DNA of 64,000 bases, taken from contig JASLZZ010000079.1 in assembly GCA_030754595.1 (NCBI GenBank), forward strand, positions 1-64,000. Direction: 5' to 3'. Under the pieces are notes generated by a model that made no database searches, had not been told where the DNA came from, and saw nothing but the letters and a program-made list of their open reading frames with translations. Both the position numbers and the translations under genes were made by a program. Every line of letters begins with the position of its first letter. Position 1 is the stretch's first letter. The stretch comes from Nitrospinota bacterium. Lineage in GTDB: Bacteria > UBA8248. Below, in pieces: positions 41,123 to 49,845 of this stretch.

Positions 41123-43497
41123 CAGGACGCCCCCTCATCCGAGTTGGGGCGCGGCGTCATTTCCACCATCGTCACGCCCCAACCGCCCTCTTCGGGACGG
41201 GCCCAGCCGTAGCTGGCCACTAAAAAACTCTCCTCGAGCAGTGTCGTGATAGCGCCCGAGAGCGCCCCCTCTCCCTTGCCATGAACGATCCTCAGGCTCC
41301 TCACCCCCAGGACGGCGGCATCGTCGAGATACTTATCGACTTTCTCGAGCGCCTCCTCCACCCGCATTCCTCGGACGTGGAGCTCGGGAGAAAAATCCCT
41401 CGACGGCGCACTCGACTCGTGGGTGATCACCACGCGGGGGGCCTCTTGAGACGCGGGAGCGTCCACAACCTCAACGGCGGACATCGCCAACCGCAAGGAT
41501 TTGCCTACGACTTCCACCGAGATCATCTCTCCCCCATGGAGGGAGCGAACGATCCCGGAGGTTCCCGTCGCCCGAAGGCGCACCGTATCGCCCAGCCGGA
41601 TGAAGGGAAGAGGGGCCTTTTCCACGGTCTCCTCCCGCACGGGCAGGGCCTTATCCATCCGCTCCCTGAGGCCACTGATCTTCTCGCGTGCGATCTTCTT
41701 GGCGGATTCGAGGTCTCCCTCGGAGCGGATATCGGCCAACAAGCCGTCCGCCTCCCAGCGAAGCTCCTTGAGAAAGGCTTCGGTCTCCCTCCGCTGGCGG
41801 GCCTCAAGTTTTCTTCGGGAGTTCCTGAACCCAAAACGCTCGGACCTGAATTGCCGCCAGCGCGAGGTGAGTTTCTTTTCCTTTTCATCAAGTTCGGATT
41901 CCTGATCCGAGAGGCGGGCCATGATTCTATCCACCTGGACGAGCCCGCCGCTCAGGAGTTCCCTCGCCCGCTCGAGTATCCGCGAGGGAAGCCCCAGCCT
42001 TTCGGCCACGGCCATCGCGTTGCTGGGACCCGCCGCCCCCAGCCGGATCCGGTAAGTGGGCGAGAGGTCGCCGGGATCGAACTCGACCGAGGCGTTCATC
42101 GCCTCATCGGTCTCATAGGCGTAGTGCTTGAGCGCGTCGTGATGGGTGCTCACGAGGGCAAGCGCACCGCTCCGGGCAAGGTGCTCGAGTACGGCGACTC
42201 CGATAGCGGATCCCTCGGCGGGGTCGGTTCCCGAGCCCAGTTCGTCGAGAAGAAGCAGGCTTCCCTCGCCCGCCTCGGCGACGGCTACCGCGATGCGCGT
42301 CATGTGGCCCGAGAAAGTGCTTAGATTCTGCTCCAGATTCTGCTCGTCGCCGATGTCCGCGAACAGCGAGCGTACCAGCGGAAGCTCGCTCGCCGGAGAG
42401 GCCGGAATTTGAACGCCAATCTGGTTGAGCGCGATCGACAGGCCCACCGTCTTTAGCGCGACGGTTTTTCCGCCCGTATTCGGCCCGGTGATGATTAATT
42501 GCCGGACAGGGCCGCCGAATGAAATGTCGATTGGGACCACATCGCCGGGGAGCATCCCCCCCGCACCAGCGGCCAAAAGTGGATGGCGCGCCTCGCGGAG
42601 GACGACCCTGCCCTTCTCGTTCAGCGACGCCCTCTCGCCCCGCCAACTCCGGCCCAGTCCCGACTTCGCCTGGATGAGATCGAGGTCCACCAGCCTGCGG
42701 GTTAAATCGGCGAGCGGCTCACGGCCCTCGGCCGCCTCGGCGGAAAGCTCGCGGAGGATTCGGTTCAATTCCTCGCGCTCGGCCTCCCGCGCCTCGGTCA
42801 GCGCATTGTTCAGCGGCACGGCCGTGAGGGGCTCGACAAAGAGCGTCTCTCCGCTCGCGGAGCGATCCTGAATCACGCCCTCGAACCAGCGCCTGAAGTT
42901 AGTTTTCGCCGGAATAACGTAGCGATCCCGCCGCTGGACAATGAGGATCTCCTGAATCGCACTCTCGTGGGCCGACATGACCCGCTCAAGGGCCCGCCGA
43001 ATCTCCCCGCGGAGGGAGCGAATCCGTGAGCGGGCCGAGCGCAGCGCAGGGCTCGCATCGTCCCGGACCTCGCCATGCTCGTTCAGCGTCTTGCGGATAC
43101 GGGAGGCAAGGGGACGCAGGAGGTCGGCCCCGGACATCTTCACCGAGAGGCGGAGTAGCACATCGCGCTGGCCCTCGAGGTATTTAGAAACATCCGCGGC
43201 GGTGGAGAGCAGCGAGAGAATCTCCAACAGCCAGAGCGGCTCGAGCACCCCGCCCCTGGCGCGAATTTCCTCGAACCAGGGCGCCGGATCCTCGAAGGCG
43301 GCCAGGGGAATCCGCTCCCCGCTTTCGGCAAGCCCAGAGGCTTCGCCGGTCTCATCCAGCAGGCGGCGAACCTCCCATGCCTCGTCAGCCGGTCTCAGGC
43401 CGAGGGCCGCCCGCCGAGCGGGCGCGGAGATACACCTTTCGGCGATTAGCCCGAGAGTACCCGGATACTCGATTGCCTGAAGGGTTCGGTCATCCAT
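41122..43497 (-). CDS. mutS2: MutS2 family ATPase/endonuclease with Smr domain
   Basis: ITGPNTGGKT, DIGDEQ, LDELGSGTDP, C-terminal HGKGEG Smr domain; start set to ATG 43497. Confidence 0.95.
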   Translation of the reverse strand: MDDRTLQAIEYPGTLGLIAERCISAPARRAALGLRPADEAWEVRRLLDETGEASGLAESGERIPLAAFEDPAPWFEEIRARGGVLEPLWLLEILSLLSTAADVSKYLEGQRDVLLRLSVKMSGADLLRPLASRIRKTLNEHGEVRDDASPALRSARSRIRSLRGEIRRALERVMSAHESAIQEILIVQRRDRYVIPAKTNFRRWFEGVIQDRSASGETLFVEPLTAVPLNNALTEAREAEREELNRILRELSAEAAEGREPLADLTRRLVDLDLIQAKSGLGRSWRGERASLNEKGRVVLREARHPLLAAGAGGMLPGDVVPIDISFGGPVRQLIITGPNTGGKTVALKTVGLSIALNQIGVQIPASPASELPLVRSLFADIGDEQNLEQNLSTFSGHMTRIAVAVAEAGEGSLLLLDELGSGTDPAEGSAIGVAVLEHLARSGALALVSTHHDALKHYAYETDEAMNASVEFDPGDLSPTYRIRLGAAGPSNAMAVAERLGLPSRILERARELLSGGLVQVDRIMARLSDQESELDEKEKKLTSRWRQFRSERFGFRNSRRKLEARQRRETEAFLKELRWEADGLLADIRSEGDLESAKKIAREKISGLRERMDKALPVREETVEKAPLPFIRLGDTVRLRATGTSGIVRSLHGGEMISVEVVGKSLRLAMSAVEVVDAPASQEAPRVVITHESSAPSRDFSPELHVRGMRVEEALEKVDKYLDDAAVLGVRSLRIVHGKGEGALSGAITTLLEESFLVASYGWARPEEGGWGVTMVEMTPRPNSDEGAS

Positions 43498-43794
43498 CAG
43501 GTGCGGTCTCTTTAAAGATGCAGGTGAAAGCGGACCCCCGGCTCTGTGGCCGGGAAATGGCGGAGCGGCCATCGAAACTTCTAGCGGCTCGGGTGAATCA
43601 CCCCCGGAGGGGGGGACTCCGAACGTCCGGGCAACAGAGCCCGGTGCGGACCACGATACCCGGCGCGGGCAGAGCCCTCATTCGGGATTCAGGTACAAAA
43701 CAAAGGGACAGCTTCCGCCATCCCTTCTCCTTTAACTTCAACTACTTAAAAGAAATCACCTATACCGGGCCGGCCCGCTGAAAACACGGAGTGG

Positions 43795-43823
43795 AATATA
43801 GGAACCGACCCGGTATTTGTCAA
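43795..43823 (-). promoter_or_regulatory. Putative sigma70 promoter for mutS2-dnaG-rpoD
   Basis: TTGACA-N17-TATATT. Confidence 0.7.
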
Positions 43824-43874
43824 GAAATAGCGAAATACCAACGAAAGTCCAGGAAAGACCGAAAACCCACGCGT

Positions 43875-44624
43875 CTAGCGGCTTTCGGGCCGCCCCCCCC
43901 TGCCGAACCGCCGCGCCAGTTCGGCGAACACCTCGCCCGGCGGAACATCCTTCGTGGCCAGCGCCACCAGCGAATGAAACCATAGGTCCGCCGTCTCGGC
44001 GACGATCTTCTCGCGGGTCTCCTCCCGGATGGCCCGCGCCACCTCCCCGGCCTCCTCCTCGACCTTCTCGAGGATGCGCCCCTCGCCCCGCTCGAAGAGC
44101 CGGGCCACATAGCTCCCCCCGGTCTCCCCCGCGTCGCGGCGGCTCAGGATGAGCCGGTAGACCAACTCCAGCAGATTGTGATCGAAGGTGAATTCCCCCG
44201 CCGGTGAGCTTCCGCTCGGGGGGCCGCCGCCCGGAGCGCTTTCGCCGCCCGGGGGGATATCCCGGGTCGAAGCGCCGCCGGATACCTCCAACTCGTTGAA
44301 AAAACACGACATTCGCCCAGTATGGCATACTGGCCCATCCGGCCGCACAGAGAAGAGCAGGGCGTCCCCGTCGCAATCGAGGCTCGCCGATACGAGCCTG
44401 AGAAAATTCCCTGAGGTCTCGCCCTTGTGCCAGAGTTCCCGGCGCGAGCGCGACCAGAAGTGAACCGTCTTTTTCTCGAGGGTGAGGCGCAGCGACTCCT
44501 CGTTCACCCAGGCGAGCATGAGGACCTGGCCCGTCCCCGCGTCCTGACAGACGGCGGCGGCCAGCCCGCTCTCGTTCCAGTTCACATCGGGGGGATTTAC
44601 TCCCGCAGGTTTTTCTTCGTTCAC
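43875..44624 (-). CDS. hisIE: Bifunctional phosphoribosyl-AMP cyclohydrolase/phosphoribosyl-ATP pyrophosphatase
   Basis: [48 protein letters not shown] start after GGAGG. Confidence 0.95.
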   Translation of the reverse strand: MNEEKPAGVNPPDVNWNESGLAAAVCQDAGTGQVLMLAWVNEESLRLTLEKKTVHFWSRSRRELWHKGETSGNFLRLVSASLDCDGDALLFSVRPDGPVCHTGRMSCFFNELEVSGGASTRDIPPGGESAPGGGPPSGSSPAGEFTFDHNLLELVYRLILSRRDAGETGGSYVARLFERGEGRILEKVEEEAGEVARAIREETREKIVAETADLWFHSLVALATKDVPPGEVFAELARRFGRGGRPESR

Positions 44625-44655
44625 AACCTGACCTCCATTCACAACCTGACTTCCA
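44621..44655. repeat. 18-bp tandem duplication at the hisF/hisIE junction
   Basis: tcacaacctgacctcca at 44621 and tcacaacctgacttcca at 44639. Confidence 0.8.
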
Positions 44656-45409
44656 CTCCCCGCTCCTTTAAGTAAAGTTTCGCCTCCTCGACCGTGTACT
44701 CGCCGAAGTGAAAGATCGAGGCAGCCAGCGCCGCCTCGGCTCCGGCCACGGCGAGTCCGTCGTAAAGATGCCCCAAACCCCCCACCCCGCCCGAGGCGAT
44801 CACCGGCACCGGCACATTATCCGACACCGCGCGTGTGAGAACGAGATCGTAGCCGTCCCGCGTGCCGTCGCGGTCCATGCTCGTGAGCAATATCTCTCCC
44901 GCCCCGAGGCGGGCCGCCTCGGCGGTCCAGGCCACCGCGTCTTTTCCGGTGGGCTTCGAGCCCCCGTGCGTGAACGCCTCCCAGCGCAGGGGCTCGCCAT
45001 CGCCCGAGACCCGCTTGGCGTCCACCGCGCAGACGATCGTCGAACTGCCGAAACGCTCGGCGCTCCGCTTCACCAAGCCGGGGTCCCTGAGGGCGGCGCT
45101 GTTCATGCTCACCTTGTCGGCCCCGGCGCGGAGGAGGTCCCGCACATCGTCCTCGTGACCGACGCCCCCGCCCACCGTGAGGGGGACGAACACCCGCTCG
45201 GCCGTCCGCGAGACGACATCGAGCAGGGTCTTCCGCGCTTCCTTAGAGGCCGTGATGTCGAGAAAGCATATCTCGTCCGCCCCCATCGCGTCGTAGGCCG
45301 CGGCGCACTCGACCGGGTCGCCCGCGTCGCGGAGGCCCTCGAAATTAATCCCCTTGACGACGCGGCCCTCCTTCACGTCGAGGCAGGGGATGATCCGCTT
45401 CGCCAGCAT
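44639..45409 (-). CDS. hisF: Imidazole glycerol phosphate synthase cyclase subunit
   Basis: [37 protein letters not shown]. Confidence 0.98.
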   Translation of the reverse strand: MLAKRIIPCLDVKEGRVVKGINFEGLRDAGDPVECAAAYDAMGADEICFLDITASKEARKTLLDVVSRTAERVFVPLTVGGGVGHEDDVRDLLRAGADKVSMNSAALRDPGLVKRSAERFGSSTIVCAVDAKRVSGDGEPLRWEAFTHGGSKPTGKDAVAWTAEAARLGAGEILLTSMDRDGTRDGYDLVLTRAVSDNVPVPVIASGGVGGLGHLYDGLAVAGAEAALAASIFHFGEYTVEEAKLYLKERGVEVRL

Positions 45410-45489
45410 TAAAGAGCCTCCAGCCCCGCCTTGAGGGAGAGCTTATCGGAATCATCCATCATCGCCCGCGCCAGCGGCTTGGCCAGCAT
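45409..45489 (-). CDS. 26-aa mini-ORF coupling hisA to hisF
   Basis: [31 protein letters not shown] overlap with the hisA stop and TAATG overlap with the hisF start. Confidence 0.45.
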   Translation of the reverse strand: MLAKPLARAMMDDSDKLSLKAGLEAL

Positions 45490-46208
45490 CACACCCGCTC
45501 CAGCGCGGCCTTGAGATCGAAGGTGCCCTCGTAGAGCGCGCGCCCGACGACCGCCCCGGCGACGCCCGCCTCCGCCAGCGGCAGTAGCCTGTCGACATCC
45601 TCCATCCGGCTGAAACCCCCGGCGGCGATGACCGGAACCTCCACCGCCCGCGCCAGCGCCTCGGTCGCCTCGGGGTTGAACCCCTCGAGCATGCCGTCCC
45701 TCGATATGTCGGTGAAGACGATTCCGGCGAGCGGCCGGCCCCGGAAGCGGGCGGCCAGTTCCTCCGGCGAGACGCCCTCGCCCTCCATCCAGCCCGATGT
45801 GCGCACCTCGCCGTCCCGCGCGTCGATTCCGAGGAGAATTTTCCACGGATTCTCCCCGGCGGCCCGATCAAGAAACTCCGGGTTCTTGAGGGCGCTCGTC
45901 CCCAAGATGACGAAACCCGCCCCGGCCTCCAGGACAGCGCGGAGCGAGTCCATCGACCGCACCCCGCCGCCGAACTGGACGGGGACGCCGGCCCTGGCCG
46001 CCACCTCGGCCAAAACTTCCAGATGTTGGGGGCTTCCCTCGAAGGCGCCGTCGAGGTCGATCAGGTGGAGCCGCTTCGCGCCCAGGTTCACCCAGTGGAG
46101 CGCCGAGGCCACCGGGTCTGCCCCGTAGACGATCTCGCGCTCTTTTTGCCCCTGAATCAGGCGAACGCACTTGCCGCCCTTGAGGTCCACCGCTGGAATG
46201 ATGAGCAA
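45489..46208 (-). CDS. hisA: ProFAR isomerase
   Basis: IIPAVDLKGGKCVRL, HLIDLDGA, QFGGGVR, TDISRDG; TTG start with GGAGGG RBS. Confidence 0.96.
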   Translation of the reverse strand: MLIIPAVDLKGGKCVRLIQGQKEREIVYGADPVASALHWVNLGAKRLHLIDLDGAFEGSPQHLEVLAEVAARAGVPVQFGGGVRSMDSLRAVLEAGAGFVILGTSALKNPEFLDRAAGENPWKILLGIDARDGEVRTSGWMEGEGVSPEELAARFRGRPLAGIVFTDISRDGMLEGFNPEATEALARAVEVPVIAAGGFSRMEDVDRLLPLAEAGVAGAVVGRALYEGTFDLKAALERV

Positions 46209-46210
46209 AA

Positions 46211-46705
46211 TCAGTGCCCTCCACGCGCCGGAAGATATCCCCCCGGCGAAAGCGTTAGAGATGGATAAACCCATTCGGGTGGGATTGCAAGGTGAGATTG
46301 AGAATGAGAGGGAGAGGACCTTCCGGGCGGCCCCTCGGCCCGGAGGGCGGCCGCGCCCGGAGAGAAAATTCGGCGCCCGGAGGGAAGATTCGGCCCGGGC
46401 GGAACGCTTATTTTTTGCCGGAGCCGGTTTCGGGGGGGGGGGTTCATCCACAAATCGCCGGCGCTGCCCATCATCATCCCCATGCCGAGGGGCATACCCA
46501 TCCCCGGCGGGGACATCATGAACATCATCATCCCCGAGGGGCTTTGTCCCCCATAAACGCCCTCGGTCGTGAACGACACCACCGCCGGGACCACATAAGA
46601 AGAGGTCAGCAGCATCCGCCGCACGAACTCCCGCCTCGTCTGGGCTTCCTGTTCTGGAGCCGGCTCCGTGGAATCGTTCCCGTCCCGCCCGTCCATCTCG
46701 CTCAT
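46211..46705 (-). CDS. Orphan twin-arginine-leader, Met-rich small protein (C-terminus uncertain because of a C11 tract)
   Basis: GGAG RBS; TRREFVRRMLLTSSYVVPAVVSF then GMMMFMMSPPGMGMPLGMGMMMG. Confidence 0.65.
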   Translation of the reverse strand: MSEMDGRDGNDSTEPAPEQEAQTRREFVRRMLLTSSYVVPAVVSFTTEGVYGGQSPSGMMMFMMSPPGMGMPLGMGMMMGSAGDLWMNPPPRNRLRQKISVPPGPNLPSGRRIFSPGAAALRAEGPPGRSSPSHSQSHLAIPPEWVYPSLTLSPGGYLPARGGH

Positions 46706-46800
46706 TTCAAATACTCCGTAACCAAAATAGCGGCCCGCTCATTTGTCGGCTTAAACGTAAACGGGGGGAATTGCAAATGGGAGGGGGAGCCCGAAAAGTT

Positions 46801-46884
46801 GTCAGTGAGCGAGGGTGAAGCACGACGCTAAGGAACTGCTTGGACGGGTAGGCACGTAGATTCTTCGCTATCGCTCAGAATGAC
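46801..46884. repeat. REP-like palindromic repeat remnant
   Basis: AGATTCTTCGCTATCGCTCAGAATGACA at 46858-46884 with a degenerate inverted partner GTCAGTGAGCGAGGGTGAAG at 46801. Confidence 0.55.
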
Positions 46885-46961
46885 AGACAAACCGCTTCAA
46901 ACCAGAAAGGGGGGATGCCTTCAGGAAGGAGCGGTGCTCCCAGTTCGAGCTTTTACCCTTC

Positions 46962-47609
46962 CTACCCGCAAACCCCGGCGAAGCGCTTCAATATCTCAAG
47001 TCCCCTTCCCCCGCTTTTTTCGGGGTGGAACTGGGTGGCGAAAAGGTTGTCGCGGCGGACGGAGGCGATGAAGGGGACGCCGTAGGCGCAGGTGGCGGCG
47101 ATGAAGGGGCGGCAGGGCTCGCTCACCTCGGCGTAGTAGGAGTGGACGAAGTAAAAGTGCTGGCCCTCGGTGGCGGGGTCCAGGACGGGGGATTCGTTTT
47201 CGAGGTGGATGCCGTTCCAGCCCATGTGGGGGACGCGGATGTCTCTTGATGCGCCGGGCTCGCGCGCGCCGGCGGGAAATTTAAGGATGCGCCCCGGCAG
47301 GATGCCCAGCCCCGGCGTCCGGCCGAACTCCTCGCTCGCCTCGAAGAGGACCTGAAGGCCGAGGCAGATCCCCAGATAGGGTACCCCGCGCGCGACGGCC
47401 TCCTTGAGCGGGCCGGCCAAGCCGGCAGCGTTCAGGGCGCCCATGCACTCGGGAAAACCGCCGACGCCGGGGAGGATGATCCCGGCCGCGTTTTCAAGGT
47501 CGGCCGGGTCGCCCGAGAGCCGGGAGGCGGCGCCGATGCTGGCGAGTCCGTTGGCGACGCTCCGCACGTTGCCCATGCCGTAATCGACGACGACGATGGA
47601 GGGGGCCAT
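46962..47609 (-). CDS. hisH: Imidazole glycerol phosphate synthase glutaminase subunit
   Basis: DYGMGN, PGVG, GICLG, VPHMGWN, YFVHSY, QFHPEKS. Confidence 0.97.
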   Translation of the reverse strand: MAPSIVVVDYGMGNVRSVANGLASIGAASRLSGDPADLENAAGIILPGVGGFPECMGALNAAGLAGPLKEAVARGVPYLGICLGLQVLFEASEEFGRTPGLGILPGRILKFPAGAREPGASRDIRVPHMGWNGIHLENESPVLDPATEGQHFYFVHSYYAEVSEPCRPFIAATCAYGVPFIASVRRDNLFATQFHPEKSGGRGLEILKRFAGVCG

Positions 47610-47797
47610 CGGTGTCTCCAAATAAATTCCTTGCAGGAAACAATCTGTGAAAAAATTTAAATCAAAGAAGAATCATGCCGCCGGGCCGCCGGGATTCATG
47701 CCGCCTCGCAAGGGCCGTGACACCCCCCGGAGCGGGCTGTCACCCCCCGGAGGATTAGGTCATGCAACCCCGCAGGCATCACCCGGCCCGGGACGGG

Positions 47798-48400
47798 CTA
47801 GAGGACGCCCTTCGTGCTGGGCACGCCCGTCTCGCGCAGATCGAGGGCGGCGGCGGCGCGGAGCGCGCGCGCGAAGACCTTGAAGACGGCCTCGACCATG
47901 TGGTGGCTGTTCTCGCCGTAGCGGACCTCTATGTGGAGGTCGATGCCCGCCTGGGTCGCCAGCGACCAGAAAAACTCGCGCACCAGCGCGGTGTCGAACT
48001 CGCCGATCCGGGCCTCCGGGAAGCGGCCGCGAAAGACCAGATTCCCGCGCCCGCCGGCGTCGAGGGCGACGGAGACGAGGGCGTCCATCATCGGGAGGCT
48101 CAGGCTCGCATAGCGGGTGATTCCGGCGCGGTCGCCGAGCGCCTTGGCGAGCGTCTGGCCAAGCAGGATGCCCACATCCTCGGCGGTGTGGTGGCCGTCC
48201 ACGTCGATGTCGCCCTTCCCGCACACACTCAGATCAATCAGTCCGTGCCGGGCGATCTGGCTGAGCATGTGGTCGAAAAAACCGAGGCCGGTTTTCACCG
48301 AGGCCTTTCCCTTGCCGTCGAGATCGACGGATATCGTGAAATCGGTTTCCTTGGTCTTCCGGCTCGCCTGGGCCTTGCGGCCCGTTTTTTTAGCCGCCAC
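47798..48400 (-). CDS. hisB: Imidazoleglycerol-phosphate dehydratase
   Basis: [28 protein letters not shown]. Confidence 0.97.
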   Translation of the reverse strand: MAAKKTGRKAQASRKTKETDFTISVDLDGKGKASVKTGLGFFDHMLSQIARHGLIDLSVCGKGDIDVDGHHTAEDVGILLGQTLAKALGDRAGITRYASLSLPMMDALVSVALDAGGRGNLVFRGRFPEARIGEFDTALVREFFWSLATQAGIDLHIEVRYGENSHHMVEAVFKVFARALRAAAALDLRETGVPSTKGVL

Positions 48401-48543
48401 GGCGGGACCTCCTCAAAACAATTTATTTCAACAGGTTACGGGTGATAACGTACGGGCGCCACGGGCCCCGCGAAAATCGCGCGCCATTATGTTCGATTAG
48501 GGGGCGTTGCGCCAGAGGAGAAACGAACCGGGGGAAACTTTGG

Positions 48544-49845
48544 CTACTGTTCACCTCCGGCGCGCATGCGAAGGGCGCGGGCGTGGGCGGGAAACCCCTC
48601 GAGCTCGGCCAGGCGGGCGGCGGGACCCGCGAGCCGCGCCGCGGCCCCGGAATCGAGCTCCACCTCGCTCGACCATTTGAGAAAATCGAGCACCCCGAGC
48701 GGGGAGGCGAACCGCGCCGCTTTACCCGTCGGGAGGATGTGGTTCGGCCCGGCGATATAGTCGCCAAACGGCGCGCCGCTCCAGGGGCCCAGGAGAATCG
48801 CACCGGCGGAGCGCACCCGGGCGGCGAACTCCCCGGGCCGCTCGATCATCAGTTCGAGATGCTCGGGAGCGAGCCGCTCGGCCACCTCGAGCGCCTCATC
48901 GCACGATGAGACCTCGACGATGGCGCCCTGGCCCTTGAGGGCTTTCTCGATGACCTCGCGCCGGTGGGCGCTTTCCACCTGTCTGGCAACACTCTCGTCC
49001 ACCGCGCCGGCGGCCTCGCCGCCGATGGCGACGGCGGCCGCCATCGCGGAGGGATCGTGCTCGGCCTGGGCAATAAGGTCGGCCGCCGCCCACTCCGCGT
49101 GGGCGGGGCTGTCGAGAATCACGACTACCTCGCTCGGGCCCGCGTCCTTGTCCACGTCGGCCACGTCACGAACAAGGCGCTTCGCGGCGGCGACGAAAAT
49201 GTTCCCCGGCCCGACGATCTTGTCCACCTTTCCGATCGATTCGGTCCCATAGGCCATCGCCGCTATCGCCTGGGCGCCGCCCACCCTGAAGACGCGATCC
49301 ACCCCGGCCAGGGCGGCGGCGGCGAGGACGACGGACGCGATCTCCCCATCTTCCCCGGCCGGCGGGGAGCACATGACGATCTCCTCCACCCCGGCCACCC
49401 GGGCGGGGACCGCGCTCATGAGTACGCTCGATGGGTAGGCCCCCCGCCCCCCCGGGATGTAGAAGCCCACCCGCCTGAGCGGAATCGGGCGCAGCGCGAA
49501 CCGCTCGCCGGGCGCGGGCCGAGTCTCGGTTTTTTGGGGGAGGCAGGCCTCGTGAAAATCGCGAATTCGCCCGGCGGCAAGCTCAAGCGCTTCCCGCGCC
49601 TCGGCCGGGAGCGCGCCCAAGGCCTCCTTCAAAGTCGCCTCGGGGACGGGGATCCGGTCAGGGCTTATGACTACGTCGTCGAAAGTTTTTGTGTACTGAA
49701 CGAGCGCAAGATCGCCGTGGTTGCGAACGCCATCGAGGATAGGGGCGACCTTCTCCTCGGCCCCCATGAAAATCGTCTCGCCCGCGAAGGGGAGCGCTTC
49801 CAGCGAGGCGGCGGCATCCGCATCCCCCCAACGAATCCGCCTCAT
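48544..49845 (-). CDS. hisD: Histidinol dehydrogenase
   Basis: YIPGG..YPSS, GPGN, AGPSE, AQAEHD, APEHL, GPNHILPT. Confidence 0.97.
   Translation of the reverse strand: MRRIRWGDADAAASLEALPFAGETIFMGAEEKVAPILDGVRNHGDLALVQYTKTFDDVVISPDRIPVPEATLKEALGALPAEAREALELAAGRIRDFHEACLPQKTETRPAPGERFALRPIPLRRVGFYIPGGRGAYPSSVLMSAVPARVAGVEEIVMCSPPAGEDGEIASVVLAAAALAGVDRVFRVGGAQAIAAMAYGTESIGKVDKIVGPGNIFVAAAKRLVRDVADVDKDAGPSEVVVILDSPAHAEWAAADLIAQAEHDPSAMAAAVAIGGEAAGAVDESVARQVESAHRREVIEKALKGQGAIVEVSSCDEALEVAERLAPEHLELMIERPGEFAARVRSAGAILLGPWSGAPFGDYIAGPNHILPTGKAARFASPLGVLDFLKWSSEVELDSGAAARLAGPAARLAELEGFPAHARALRMRAGGEQ

Noticed and set aside
43581..43721. Selenocysteine read-through of the uORF (FCT-UGA)
   Set aside because: Read-through gives only a 46-aa low-complexity peptide, the motif is not CxxU, and I see no clear SECIS hairpin.
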